Assembly (NCBI GenBank): GCA_050084515.1
Contig: CM114271.1
Location: 47,802,001-47,866,000, forward strand
From: Blasia pusilla
Lineage: Eukaryota
Length of the DNA: 64,000 nt
Direction of reading: 5' to 3'
Shown piece after piece: positions 1-12,429 of this stretch (its first letter is position 1; each line of letters starts with the position of its first letter). Below the pieces are notes generated by a model. The model made no database searches. It worked only from the letters and a program-made list of their open reading frames with translations, and was not told the DNA's origin. The position numbers and the translations under genes were made by a program.

Positions 1-2373
1 GCATTTGAGATGCTCAAAGATAGATTGATGTCTATGCCCATATGGAGGAGACCGATCAGGGGGCATCCTTTCTAGCTGCATACGGATTGGAGCATGTTGG
101 GGCTTGGAGCCATGCTCACCCAGCATGACGATGATGGTAGAGAGTTTGTGGTGGCTTATGCTAGTCGCTCGAACAACGCTACAGAGGTGAAGTATAGCTC
201 GTATGAGGATGAGTGCTTGGCTACAGTGTGGGTTGTCGCACATTTCAGATGTTATCTATTCGGAAATCCCTTTACCATCATTACTGATCATCAGCCACTT
301 AAGTGGTTGATGGAGTTGACAAGCAAACAGGGAAGCTTGCGAGGTGGGTTCTTTTGTTGTAGGAGTATGACTTCCAAGGTGGTGCATAGACCTGGGACGC
401 TCAACCAAGATGCAGATGGTTTGATTCGTAACCCATGCCCGAGTCAACGAGATGCGATTGGAGCTTGTTGGCATGGTGAGAGTGATGAGGAGTTGGTGCC
501 AAGATGGTATGCGTGAGCCTATTTCGGTTTGTTGGCTATGGAGAGCCAGATTTCTGAGACTTCGATGGCAAGGTCTGATGGTGAGTCCTTAGATCCAGAG
601 GCCGGTGAGGAGACGACAGGTGGTTGAGACATTCACGACGATGGAGTGGTCTTGGAGTACCTGCATACTGGCAGCGTCGCGAGCACATTGGGTGCTAGAG
701 AGTGGGATCGGATCCTATAGCAAGCCAGACAGTTCCGGTGGGAGGGCACATATGTGTTGCGAGTGTGGGAGGATGGTAGAGTGCGTGTAGTGCCTCATCC
801 TTCACAGAGAGCACATTTGGTGCATCATGCCCACGAGGAGTTGGGTCATTTTGGAGTGAAGCAAACGTACAACTTGCTCCACATTCAGTATTGGTGGCGA
901 GGCATGTAGAGTGACATTCAGCAATTTGTTGCCAGATGCATGGTGTATGATCGAGTCCGAGAATCGTTCAATGCTCTGACTCTATAGTTGCAGCCACTTC
1001 CGATCATGGGTTCACGTTATAGATGGAGTTTGGATTTTACAAGACCTTTGCCTTTGACGGAGCGCCATAGTTGCTATGTGTTGGTGATGGTCGAGCACTT
1101 CTCGAAGTGGATAGAGTTGGTTGCATTGCCTGACAAAGCGAGTGAGGGAGTAGCGTATGCCTTCCTAGATTGAGTGTTGAGTCATTATGGACCACCAATT
1201 GAGGTGTAGACAGACCAGGGTACAGAGTTCCGCGAGGAGTTTTAGGCCTTGTGTGATCAAACAGTGATTGACCACCGCACTACTTCGCGAGATCATCCTA
1301 AGGCGGATGGACTAGCGGAGCGGGTTGTGCACACGATAAAGGAGGACTATGCAAGTATGGCTTGTAGAGAGGTCACTTAGGAGATTGGGACCTTCAGTTG
1401 CCGTGGTTGGCGATGGGATACAGATTGAGAAGGCACGCATCCTTAGCGTCTTTCTCACCGTACTTGTTGCTTTATGGCCAAGACCCAGATTTACCTACGG
1501 CTATTCCTTGAGATGTTGGTGAGGTGTTGAACCTTCATGAGCCTGATGTATGGATGCGAGCATTTTCTCAGAGGGCTGAGTTATTTTGGAGAGTGATGCC
1601 CATGGCGTTTGAGAACTTGGCGATTAAGCAACATTGGGATACGTTGAGGTATGCGACTATTCGAGCCGGTGATTATCGACCTACTATCCGGAGATTTCAT
1701 CAAGGAGACTATGTCTACTAGCAGTAGACGGCACCCATGACATTGGATGTGACTGCAGGGCGCACCATCTTGAGAGTGCGTGAGGTTTTGCCATCCAGTG
1801 TTCTCTTATTGGAGGGACGCGATGGTATGGTTTGGAAGGACCATGTGCGTAACTCTGCGCCACGTCATCTTCCGAACATTAACGGTATAGTTGATCCAAG
1901 CTTAGCAATAGTTCCTGCACGCTTGCGGTGTATGTTGTGCGGTTCCGCCCGTGGTGCACTCACTATGCTAGTCTGTGATGGGTGTTCGAGAGGATGGCAT
2001 ATGGCATGTTTGACGCCACCTCTCACTAGGGTTCCTCAAGGACGATGGATGTGTCTCAAATGTACATAAAGTAGGTGGTTCTACATTTCAACTTGTGTCT
2101 GTGACATGGATGATAAGAAGGCAACTAACGATGGGGCCACATGAGCACCCAAGATTCTTGCTCTTAGCGTTCGAGAGATGTATGTCATAGTAGTTAGGGA
2201 TAGATGGCTATCTGGAGTTAGAGGGACCTAACCATCGGGGGGGCGATGGGAGATATTTTGGTACTTTTTGTCTTGTTGTTTGGACGCCATGAGTTAGCAT
2301 GGGATGGTGCGTGTTTGTGTGTGTGTTTAGTGACAACGATGTATGTTGTGTAGCAATGTGAATGCATACGACA
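1..2373 (+). mobile_element. Ty3/Gypsy family X, copy 1 (3' part): RNase H, integrase, PHD finger, 3' UTR, single terminal repeat B
   Basis: RNase H motifs (LGAMLTQHDDDGREFVVAYASRS, FTIITDHQPLKWLM); integrase zinc-finger (HEELGHFG) and core (WSLDF, VLVMVEHFSKWIELVAL, TDQGTEF); C-terminal C4HC3 PHD; ends in repeat B (2248-2373, ...ATACGACA). Many in-frame stops. Confidence 0.93.
1926..2069 (+). pseudogene. PHD finger at the integrase C-terminus (family X copy 1)
   Basis: CMLCGSARGALTMLVCDGCSRGWHMACLTPPLTRVPQGRWMCLKC has C4HC3 spacing and the typical PPL..VP.G.W.C..C tail. The same domain recurs at ~14436-14577 (+) and ~50575-50718 (-). Confidence 0.93.
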
Positions 2374-3674
2374 CTCTCGATGAAGGTCAAAACATCTATC
2401 CTTGGTGTGACCATAAGTGTGGCAATAGTCACACTGGTAGCGTGGTGGGGCCATCCTCTATGGCTCATGAGCAACCGGAAGCGCTCGTGGTCCTCTCCCA
2501 TGTTGTGTGTAGTCTCTCTGCCTATGGGCCCCTCCACACGTTCAACAAGACAACATCGGTCCCTTCTGGGCAACATATGTAGGTACGGGTCGTTGCCTCA
2601 TAAGCTCACTGTACCCGCCCTGCTCTTTTGGCACACTAGCCCGCTCCCGTGGTACTGGTGCTCGCTGTGGCACGTGTGGGTTCACCGTCACTCGTGGACC
2701 CGTTGACTCTCAAGAAAATCTAGCAATCACTACGTGCTCCTCACTCATGTTGAGCTCAATACGCTCAGACAACTGGAAGACCACCTTCAATGTGGGCTTC
2801 GCTGTGTGAATCAACACCGCATCTCGCACTCTCTTATGTAGTTCTCGGCCCAGAACTCTGTACCAATACTAGACTGAGTGCACCTCAGTCACTCCATACG
2901 TAGCAATGATTAGCCTCCTCATGCGTGTGAATGCCTCTCTCAGACTCTCACCCGATCGTCGCTGAAAATCTTGCAGACTCTTCAGCTTGTCGGTGCGTAC
3001 GCCTTAGTAGCTCTTCCCCAATTGTCAGAAGAACTCCAATGTGGGACTGAAGATGGGTGGCCCTCTACCATCAGAGGTCTCTGCCACATCGCCTGTCTCA
3101 CTACCCTCCTCTCCATCCAGTCTGCGGGCTGATGGTGTGAATCTCTCTCCTCTCACGATCCCATCATATGCCTCACGATCATTAGTGGACACATACCCAC
3201 GAGCCCAATACATCCTCCTAGCATCCATCTCTATTGAATATAGTGATCAAAATTCCATGTAATCATCCATCATAGGACTCTCCAAGTGCTGGAACAACCC
3301 CTTCCATACCATGAAAGGGTTGAATCGTGTCAAGGTCCATATCTCCTAGAAGTCGCACCACGTGTCGAACTCCTGGATAAAATCATCTAAGTCGATGGTG
3401 GCCACTGCATCCAAGAAATGACGCATGCCTTGATGGCCCATGTCGTCCATCTCCTGCCAAGTGATATTGCCTCCGTCTGCAATCTCGTCACCAGACCCGT
3501 TGTCTAGTGATGACGATCCAACCACGGATGGATGTTGAGGTAGCTCCTCACTTGTAATCCCTTAGTATCTTACTTCACTCCGTGTCACACCACTACTTTT
3601 GCACCTAGATAACCTAGTACTAATCCTTCCAAAGAGATCCAACACCCTAATACCCTGCTCTAGGATGCGTGACA
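2374..3674 (-). mobile_element. Degenerate Gypsy gag fragment related to family X, with a short DNMT motif-I remnant at its right end
   Basis: The minus strand gives gag-like KLKSLQDFQRRSGESLREAFTRMRRLI and a Zn knuckle CDYCHTYGHTKDRC next to copy 1 repeat B. 3605-3674 reads RILEQGIRVLDLFGRISTRL. Confidence 0.65.
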
Positions 3675-5085
3675 AGCTACCACTACCTACTAGGCGTATC
3701 TTCTCACTAATTAACAATGGGACCAACTTTTGAAAGGTTGGATATTTCTCTTTTACAAAGATAGAGGTCCCAAAAGACTTATAATCCTTTGAAAGGCCTT
3801 GAAGAATGAACGGAATCAAATCATCATCTTTTATTGTCACTCCAATACTATTCAACAGATCAACAATATGCCTCATACTCAAAACATAGTTATTGATGTC
3901 TTGCAATCTTTTCTTCACTTTGTTCAATTATTGTAAAATTTCAATTGAAGCTTTCTAGCCTTTGTAGATGTTTGGAACAACTTTTCCAATACATTCCAGA
4001 CCTCCTTCAGAATATCAACATCTTGAATGTAACCAATCATTGGAAAACTCATTATTATTGAAATGTAGTGGATTACTTGCCTTGCGCATTTGTTCCAAGC
4101 AAGAACATTCGAGTCTGTTGACTCATCTTCTAGCTTGGCCTCATCACGTGTACCAAGCTCCCATAGTTCTTGACCCATAAGAAATTATTTAATACAAAAC
4201 TTCCAAATATGATAATTTTTCTTTTCTAGCTTCTCGCTTGTGATTGTTGTTGAGGAATACTCCATGAAAAATGATTTTACTCACAAAAATATAATTTCAG
4301 GCTTTCCACTGCTCTAATTGAAACATAGATCATTCTTGAACACAAATTGACCTGAAATTTTCCAAAATTGACCAACTTTATGGAAGAACTAGTTGAAATT
4401 GACTTATAGAGAGCAAACTGCAAAACTTTCCTTCACTAATTCCACTTTTCTACACTAAAATTGCTATTGCAAGAGCTCAGAATGTCATAATAGAGCGATT
4501 TTGGATGCGTTCGAAAGCTTTCAGCGAGTTCTATACAAATTTTGGAATAAGATTTCGGTATTTTCTTAATTTTCGCAGATCCAGATTGCTAAATTAATCG
4601 AGAAAGCCCTAGAAAATGCCTCCAAATTTTTGTCACTATCACCACTCCCTCTAAAATCTTCTACCAATGAGCTCTAATTGAGATCTCCTTCTCCCAACCT
4701 AAAATTGTGCCTTCTCTTGCCTCTCTTCTCTCCTCATATACCAAGAATTTCAATTGATATTATCCTATTGCTTTGATATAATGTAGAAAAAGTGTTAAAG
4801 AAGCATAACTATTGGGATACGACTCTCACACTCACACACCATCATGGAGAACAAAATTTTACAATGAGAAAATGAATCCCCTTCTCAATTTAATAGGGTA
4901 TTTACAAGCAATCCTAAACCTAATCCTAACCATAGTCTTGAGTTAGACTAATTATGATTAATTGTCCCTAGTTAAGATAATCGCGCTTAACTAACTAATC
5001 AAGATTAAGCTTCCCTACTTCATGTGAGTACCAAATATAGCAGTTTGGGTGTCCGATTAGCTTAACTGTAACTCTGTCTTCAATA
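3675..5085 (-). mobile_element. Ty1/Copia remnant: 5' LTR (~4782-5085), degenerate Met PBS, gag (~3675-4265)
   Basis: Copia-type gag (KLEKKNYHIWKF...WELG...EVWNVLEKLFQTSTKARKLQLK...DDDLIPFILQGLSKDY). LTR runs TATTG...TACA and is followed by TTATATCAAAGC, which resembles the TGGTATCAGAGC PBS. Confidence 0.8.
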
Positions 5086-5344
5086 CATGGGAACTAGATG
5101 GATAGGCAAATGTGTGGAGATTACCTATCAATTGGCAGATAAAATCTTATCGGTATGCTATGCCCCCTCCGGCATAGGAGATCTTTGATGCTATTGGGCA
5201 TGCAAAGATCTTCAATTCCTTAGACCTTTGAGCCAAATACTATCAGTTGCCTATCAAATTGGAGGACATGTAGAAGACGGTATTTTGGCGCATCGATCCT
5301 CACGGGAAGGATTGTTTGTACTAGTGCGGTTCTTACCATCTGGG
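5086..5344 (+). pseudogene. Family X reverse transcriptase, N-terminal part (host copy interrupted by copy 2)
   Basis: MCGDY...EIFDAIGHAKIFNSLDL...YQLPI...FLPSG; continues as LKNA at 15528; colinear with the RT at 52700-53345 (-). Confidence 0.85.
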
Positions 5345-5833
5345 TGTCACGACTGTTAGGATAGATCGGTAGGATCTAGCATAGCGTCTACACGAGTAGT
5401 GGAGGACAGGCCCAAGAGGTCAAGGATGACCTATTGAGGCCTCGGGAAACCTGAGAGAGCACGTTTCCCCTTCATTTCGGCTCATTTGGAGCCATATTGA
5501 GAAACTTACTATTTTGGGCAAGTTTCCATATTGGGGATAGTTGAATTTACACTTTGGGAAGTAGCCCTTGACCCGCTACAGCAGATCAAGAGCCAAGGAG
5601 GTGACCTGCAAGCATAGGTTACCATTGAGGGAGTTGGGAGAGGGAAGGGGGTATACCTCGAAGAGTGAGAGCTTGAGAGCTCATTCTCTCTTTGTTGAAC
5701 CTCTTCGCATAAGGCAGCGGAGCTATGGTCTTGCTTGCCTTGTGTGTGTAACCCAAGCTTCTCATTCGGAGAGTGGGTTTAGGGTACACATATGAGAACT
5801 ATAGTGTTGTGAGAGAGATTTGATCTTACTTTA
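5345..5833 (+). repeat. Terminal repeat A1 of family X
   Basis: Direct repeat of 14893-15395, 47127-47640 and 36766-37275 (diverged); reverse complement of 49757-50262. Followed directly by unique leader sequence, not by repeat B. Confidence 0.9.
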
Positions 5834-7100
5834 CAAAGAGAGAATGAGAGAGTAAGAGAGCTTCATGGGGGAGCTCGCTGGTCACTCGTTGTTTTTTCAG
5901 GTTGGGGACCGTGTTCCTTGTTTAGCGGCTCATGGGAGTGCTCACCGAAGCAAGGGCTGCTTTGATTGTTCTTTGCATTTTCCGATTTTTCGTGTGGAAG
6001 AGTGGCGCGCGAAAGCGCTGCCCAATTTGTGATAGGGATTGATTATGGGGGCGGGTTGCTCCATGCTGGCGCTCTCGGGAGCATTATGTAGCTTGCTGAT
6101 TTGTATTTTTAGAGGTTTTACATTTTTTTTGGGAGAAATCAGCGCGGAAGCGCTGCCAAATATTGTGTAGGAGAAAGAGACATTGGGCTTTAGAACAATC
6201 CCTGTCAATTTTTACTGGAATGTCCGATTCATAATTTTTTTGACGCTCTTGTAGATCGTGAAGCATTGCACGTTGTAAAACAAATAGTGCATAATTTTGA
6301 GTTGCGAACAAAAAGTTATGGTTAATCTTGCAAAATTTCCATTGCTAAGCGATTTTTAGGGTCAAACCCTAAACTAGCCGCCACGCCGGTGGCGGCCGTC
6401 GCCGTCATAGTCACCACCAACAATCCTCCATCAAAGATCAATCGTCATCGTCAATGGTCAACTGTCACCGTCACCATCAACGGTCAACCATCACCGTCAA
6501 CGGTCCAACGTCTGTTGTCCACCCTTTGGTTACCATTGCCGCCATTACGGAGTGGAGGGTCTTCCACGACGTTCGTTGATTCTTTGACTTGCGACGCCAC
6601 CAGGTACTTTGTTTCGGCCGCCACCATCATCGCAGTTTGTCATCAACCACTGATGGCAGATGACCTTTGGTTATGGTGTTTGAGTTATGATTTCATGCTG
6701 CTATGTTGTGATTGATAGCCGCTCGGCGACGATCGAGTACCGTGCCATGACGCCCGTAACCGCAACGCCCGTAACCGCAACGCCTCGCCGATTGCTGCGC
6801 CGTGCCGCTTGTGGCCGCACCGCACTGTCTCGATCGCCAAACCGCTCCTTCACTAAGGAGCAGAGCGAGTGAATTGCTGATTGAGGAGGGTATGCCATCG
6901 AGTGCTGCACCCCATTCATGAGTGCTGTTTGTAGCCGTTCTGTGCCGCCAGTGCTGCACCGGACCGCTCGATCTGCACCGCACATCGAGGAGGTTGAGTA
7001 GCGTCAGTACGAGAGGAGTAGGACTTGCTGATTGGAAAAGTTTTCTTCATGATTAAATTGAAGTCAAGATTTGCACTTGCTGAGGAGCGACATCGACATG

Positions 7101-9435
7101 TGTAATGTACAAGTGGTTTTAAAATTGATGTTTATACACTAATTTAATGAGTTCGATCCCCAAGAGGATCACGATTATGAGAAAAGAGAGGTCAAGATGT
7201 CGTTTATCTTGCAATAGTTGTAGTTAAGTGTGTACAATTTGGATTCAATAATTTATCAATGTCTTCAGATCTCTCGTAGTACCAAGATTTCTTTCCTCTA
7301 TTCTCTCTAGTGGAGTTGAAATCACACTCAGGTAGATCTTCATTCAACATCAAAGAACCTCATAGAGATCCCAACAAGAAGCTGGCTTCTCCTACCTTCA
7401 GAACTCAATCCGTCTAGGCAGGCTACTCTCTGTCGAACAAATTTCTTACAACTCCGTGTTGATTATTCTATTGATGAAAAAGTTCTCCTGATTCACTCTT
7501 CACTCTGCAGACCCATGAGAATACTCAGACATATGCATCGCACATCTGAATGAAGAAATGAGTGCTTTACTATTCCATCAAGAATGAGAAATCTTCAGAA
7601 GTATGTACAAACACAAGAGGGTACTACTCTCTTGCTCGGACCATTCCTACAGCATAAGGACTTCATGAGAGAATGATGATGATAGCTACTTTCATGCTTC
7701 TTAAATATTCTCCGAAGTAGGAGTGGTTCTAAGGATTGGAAGCGTTCTTGAGAAATCTGGTGTCTCTTCAACAATTGTAACTACTTAGATCTATGGTGCT
7801 CTTTTCTTTTCCTATGATCCCTGTGAATTTTCTGTGCGTAACTATATTAACTTCCTATCTGATACAAAAAGTTGCGCCTATTCCTAGTCTAACTGTTCTA
7901 TCAATATGCCGCTTGAAATCACTTTGAGTCTTAGCTTCGCTTCGCTGCGAAGTCTAGACCTCTTTTGCTTCACTTGAGGACGAAGCTCTTTCTCTTGATC
8001 TGAAGACGAAGCGCTCCATTCTTTGCTCTGGTTTCAAGTGCTTCGTGCTTCGCTGAGGAGCAAAGTACTTCTTCCTCTTCGTCTTTGTACTTCATTCAAG
8101 AGCGAAGCACTTCATGAACAAGTTTTGAATAGGGCTTCATTGATTTTCCAAGCTTCTCTCGGAGTCTTTAGACTTCATTACTGCATTTCCCTCTCCTCTA
8201 AGGCAAATCCTTGATCTTCCACCTCTCTGCCTTGTCCTAGGAGCTTTGTGATCTCTTTCAATATCACTCATTCTTCTACTACACAAACATAATATCCAAA
8301 ATCATTATGTATACACAAGTTTTCTTTGAATAAAAAGCTCTAAATCTTCAAAAGTACAAAATTGTGGGTATTACATGCCCCCTCCCTCAAATGTGAGCCG
8401 CCCCGGCAAACACTTCATGATGCACCTTCTAAATCCATAAAGGTATCTTCTAAGCTATCAAACTCAGTTGTAGGTGGAAGGTTTGTTGAAAATATTAGGG
8501 GTGTGATTTTGCATCTTCTGTCACCATTTGATAACAACTAACAAAGTTCCTAGCACTTCGTTCTCGACTAATACGTTTGATAGAGTAAACATAGGAAGTT
8601 CTTCAAGATTGATCGTGAGGTTGGATACGACTTCCGGAAGAGACTTTGTATGATTGTTGAACTGGAATTTTCAATGTTTGTTGACATAATCGATCTCCTC
8701 GCTCATCTGTTGTTCGAAGCTCTTTCTTGCTTCCTTGATTAACTCCTTGACATCTTCAAGGTCTAACTGCACTTCGTTGAGCAACTTTTGCTCCGCCTCC
8801 AAGACAGCGATCCTACCTGTGGCTTCTGACCATTGTGCCACTAAGTCCTTGTTAGTTTCTTGTTGTTCTTGAAGTAACTTCAAAGCTTGAGCGTTCTGTG
8901 TCGCTACTTTCTTGAACTCGTGGGTGATAAGATGCACTTGTTGTCGGTATTGTTGAATCAACTACGAAGCTTCCTTGACTTGCAAAGCCAACTGATCAGC
9001 CCCACACTCCATATTGATCGCCAAGCTTTCCCATTGGCGTGCATTCCGCAATTCATACTGAGCCTCGACTAAGTCGCTTTGAACTTTACAAAGCGTCAAT
9101 TTAGTGTCTTTGACTTCTTGATTCCGAAGCTGAAGGTTTGTCTCTACCACTAAGTGTTGTGCTTCGTCTCTGATGAAGCTTGTGCCCTACAATTGATGTC
9201 ATCGAGCGCTTGTAAATACTGGTCCACATTTGCTGTGTCATCAAGGTGTAGTACTTGCTCTAATTGGCTCATTACAGGAACTGCCAGATTCAGAAACCAC
9301 ACCATGTGGTTTGCGGTCTGTGTCATGTGACGAAGAGTAGGGATCTCTTCGCTAGTGCGAGGTGTCTCCTCAGAGTCTTCTTGCGGTGCTGGCTCTGTTT
9401 CATGCCAGGTGTTTCAATTTACATCCTGAGTTACG
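7101..9435 (-). mobile_element. Nested fragment of Gypsy G2: coiled-coil accessory ORF, PPT and complete 3' LTR (7101-8375)
   Basis: LTR bounded by TGTAAT...ATTACA; purine tract GAGGGAGGGGGCA immediately upstream on the minus strand; LTR and ORF are homologous to 22436-24450. Confidence 0.85.
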
Positions 9436-11100
9436 TCCGGACCGAGGGCCAGAGAGGACACCAGAGCGAGTAGCCGATCCGGGTGGGCCTAGAGATCGTG
9501 CACCACGTGGTCTCGTTGGGGGACGAGGAGCTGGAGTTTCCCGACAGGGTGGTGGAGGTGCCCGTAGAGGAGGTAGAGTACCACCATCTAGATGCTCCAA
9601 GGGAGACGCCGAACGTGAGGCTGGGATGGCTGCTCAAACACAACTGCTATAGGAGCAGATTGCTGCTATGGCATTGAGGTTACCCGATGCCGGATCCGTG
9701 GCATCACCATCATATGGAGCATACAGAGATATGGAGGATCCTAGTTGGATGTGCGGGGTTGCCCACATGTAGGACGTTGCAGTTGTGACGCATGGAGTAG
9801 CCACAAAGTTGGATCCACAATGAGGGGAAGCCAGAAAACATACTAGGCTTCCTCAGTCTTTCACGTTGTCCGAAGCGATGAGGACCCCATTGATGGGTCC
9901 TCATCAAAGTTTCTGGAGAGTTTGTGATGTTGTTGATGTGTAGGCACAGAGGGCGATGGGAGAAGCAAGTGCGACGACTCCTATTGTTGATGCTCATGAG
10001 GGGCATATGTTGAGCACGTTGTTGGGGGCGGCCATCATTGTGTCGCACTCCTTTATTTTCTGCGTCGATGTTATGATATTGGGGGGAACGTCTGCCGAGG
10101 CTTTTGGCTCGCCGCTACACTATGTGAGCGCAGAGTTGGAGTTCTTGCATCACGTTCAGAGGTGATTGCAGAGGAGGTGATGGACCTGCCCTTGGAGCAG
10201 ATGCTCGGGCCATCCACGTCAGATTCATGGCAGGCTGCGGCTGCTAGGATGGTGGAGATGCCTGCTAGACCAGCGATAGAGTGTGCCATGGATTCTCCTA
10301 GTGTTGTATTGCTGGATGACCGAGGAGAGGTCTTCCAATTGGGGAGTCCCTGAGGTAGAGCTTTTAGTCCGCAGCGCGTCTTGTTGGATTCACGAGCCCA
10401 ACCCCAAATGTTGGGGAAAGTGTCATTCAGAGGATTGGGCTTGACGAGAGCCGATGTGGAGCGTTGTCCTTTACGGATACAAACATCCTTGGGTGGAGCA
10501 AGTACCACATAGTATATCACCCGACAGGAGGTCGTGGTGAGGATTCGCCCAAGACATCCTACATATGAGTCCGTGGTGTGAGCCAAGGTGATAGTGACTG
10601 ATGCAGAGTCCTACGACGTCTTGGTTGGTGGAGCATTGTTATATCCGATTGGGTTTTCCCTAGATTACTGGGAGGAGTCAGCATCCTAAAGACCAGGATG
10701 GCAGTCAGGTGATGGGTGCCTTAGCTCATTACCCATTCGATTCACAGATGCAGTGATCGAGCGACGGCTAGGAGAGGTGGAGACCTTAGCAGTATTTAGC
10801 AGTGTCATCACTTGGCTTGGTGATTTGATTGAGGAACATGTCCATGTAGAGGATACTTCCGTTCCTGAAATTTCTATGGAGAGGAGTGTTATGGTAGCCG
10901 CATCATTCCGTGGAGGAGAGGTGCTGTTGTGGGGCTCGAATGAGGAGCTTCGATGATTGGTAGATGAGCACGTGCAGACCGCGTGGAGCGAGGCGTTTGC
11001 ACCGGAGCGTGACGGGTCTGAGGAACCCAAGGTAGCAGGGAGTGCTATGATGACACCCTTGGATACCACACCCATTGTGTGGTGTATCCTGGAGGAGGAT

Positions 11101-12050
11101 ATTCGAGTGTTAGATCTCTTTGGAGGGATTAGCACCGGGTTAGCTGTAGTTTTGCAAGGAGGAGTGCAAGTGCAGTAGTACATGTATGTGGAGAGTGATG
11201 ATGTTGCAAGGCGCGTCTCACTACAACATGTGGCGCAGTTACGCCTACGTTTTCCCGACTTATTGTCTACGTTCCGTGGTACAAGGGTACCAGAGTTCCC
11301 TACCGAGGGACATTGTTGTTGTTGGGGGCGCAGGACTTAGAGCACGTAGGGACCATTGATTTGGTAATTGCCAGTTGGCCATGTCAGGGCCAATCGAGTG
11401 CTGGATGAGGCATCAGGTTGGTTGACACTCGGTCTAGGTTGTTTTGGGAGATGTTGAGGGTCTTACGGCAGTTGCAGGAGCACTTGTCTTGTTCTCCAGC
11501 CTACGGTCTGGAGAATGTGCCGATCTTAGGAGACTCCAGGTCATAGGTGGTGATGAGTGCTCATCAGGTACGTGCCTAGATCGGCCTAGCAGTAGTTTTG
11601 GATGCGGCGAGTGTAGGTTCTAGAGCCCATCGCCGCGTCTATGGTGGACCAACTTGGTGCCCCATGCGGTGTTACGTAGGGCGTATGCAAGAGTGGAGCG
11701 CCGCTCCCATTTGTTAGTGGATTCCATTCTGGATCCAGGTCGTCAATCACAAATAGTGAGGCACGATCATCGACCACCGTTGATTGTGGTCAACAGGGTA
11801 GGTAGGCCACGGGTAGCCTTGCCCACGTTTGTGAGTTTTCCCACTTCCTATGCATTTAAGGAGGCCGCTCTTGGCTTGGTTTGGGATGACCAGGTTCAGC
11901 GGTTGGTGGAGCCCAATGTCAACGAGAGAGAGTGAGCGATGGGATTTCCCACATGAGTGACCGCAGTACCGTCAATGTCAGAGGCATGAGGATGCCATGT
12001 ATTGGGTCAAGCAATGGACCTGAACTGCTTGACATGGATCCTCAGCTTGG
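11101..12050 (+). pseudogene. DNMT3-like DNA cytosine-5 methyltransferase domain inside retrotransposon pol (disrupted)
   Basis: Motif I IRVLDLFGGISTGL (11101); II YMYVESD; III RDI; IV IDLVIASWPCQG (PC at 11379-11384); SRLFWEMLRVL; VI LENV (ENV at 11511-11519); VIII LDAASVGSRAHR..LWWTNL (~11600-11656); IX ERE*AMGFP (~11925-11950); X LGQAMDL (12002-12022). Canonical, non-permuted motif order as in DNMT3. Confidence 0.93.
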
Positions 12051-12429
12051 GAGTGGCTGAGCAGCGCCGTATGAGATCGCGACAGATCGCAACAGTTGGG
12101 TTGGTGAGCCCCATGCCTATCGAGATGGTGGAGGCAGTGGCTGGGGGCGAGACCCAAGGAGATCTATACACCAGGGGAGATCGTGAGAGACATCCTTGGA
12201 CTTCTTGGGATGTTTTGCACGTATGCCAGGAAATGAGAGCCACAACATCAAGCGTGGTTTTGGGCACTGCACGTGGAGGAGATCAAATTTTATAGTTGGG
12301 TGTAGGAGAGCGGCCGAGTGTTGTTTTTCAAGACGGGGTTGCACCATAGCAACCACCAATACCCGCACCGAAGAGTCCTACCGTAGTCACAATGGAGACT
12401 TGGGAGCCAGATATGGGCCCTAAGTTGAC

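Noticed and set aside
5568-5795. Recurrent short ORF MTRYSRSRAKEVT... (also at 15090, 36989, 47351, 49760)
   Set aside because: Lies inside repeat A, mostly with non-ATG starts and variable length; it recurs because the repeat does.
6380-7000. GC-rich ORFs and short ACCGTCA / ACGCCCGTAACCGCA repeats
   Set aside because: Low-complexity leader of family X (homolog at 42750-43440) with no conserved reading frame evident.
7148-7165. tRNA gene suggested by a GTTCGATCCCC B-box-like motif
   Set aside because: No cloverleaf or A-box around it; it is part of the G2 LTR.
11101-12050. A host DNMT3/DRM gene or a bacterial restriction-modification methylase
   Set aside because: No introns evident, embedded colinearly in pol in more than one copy, motif order not DRM-permuted, and no restriction gene or bacterial context.
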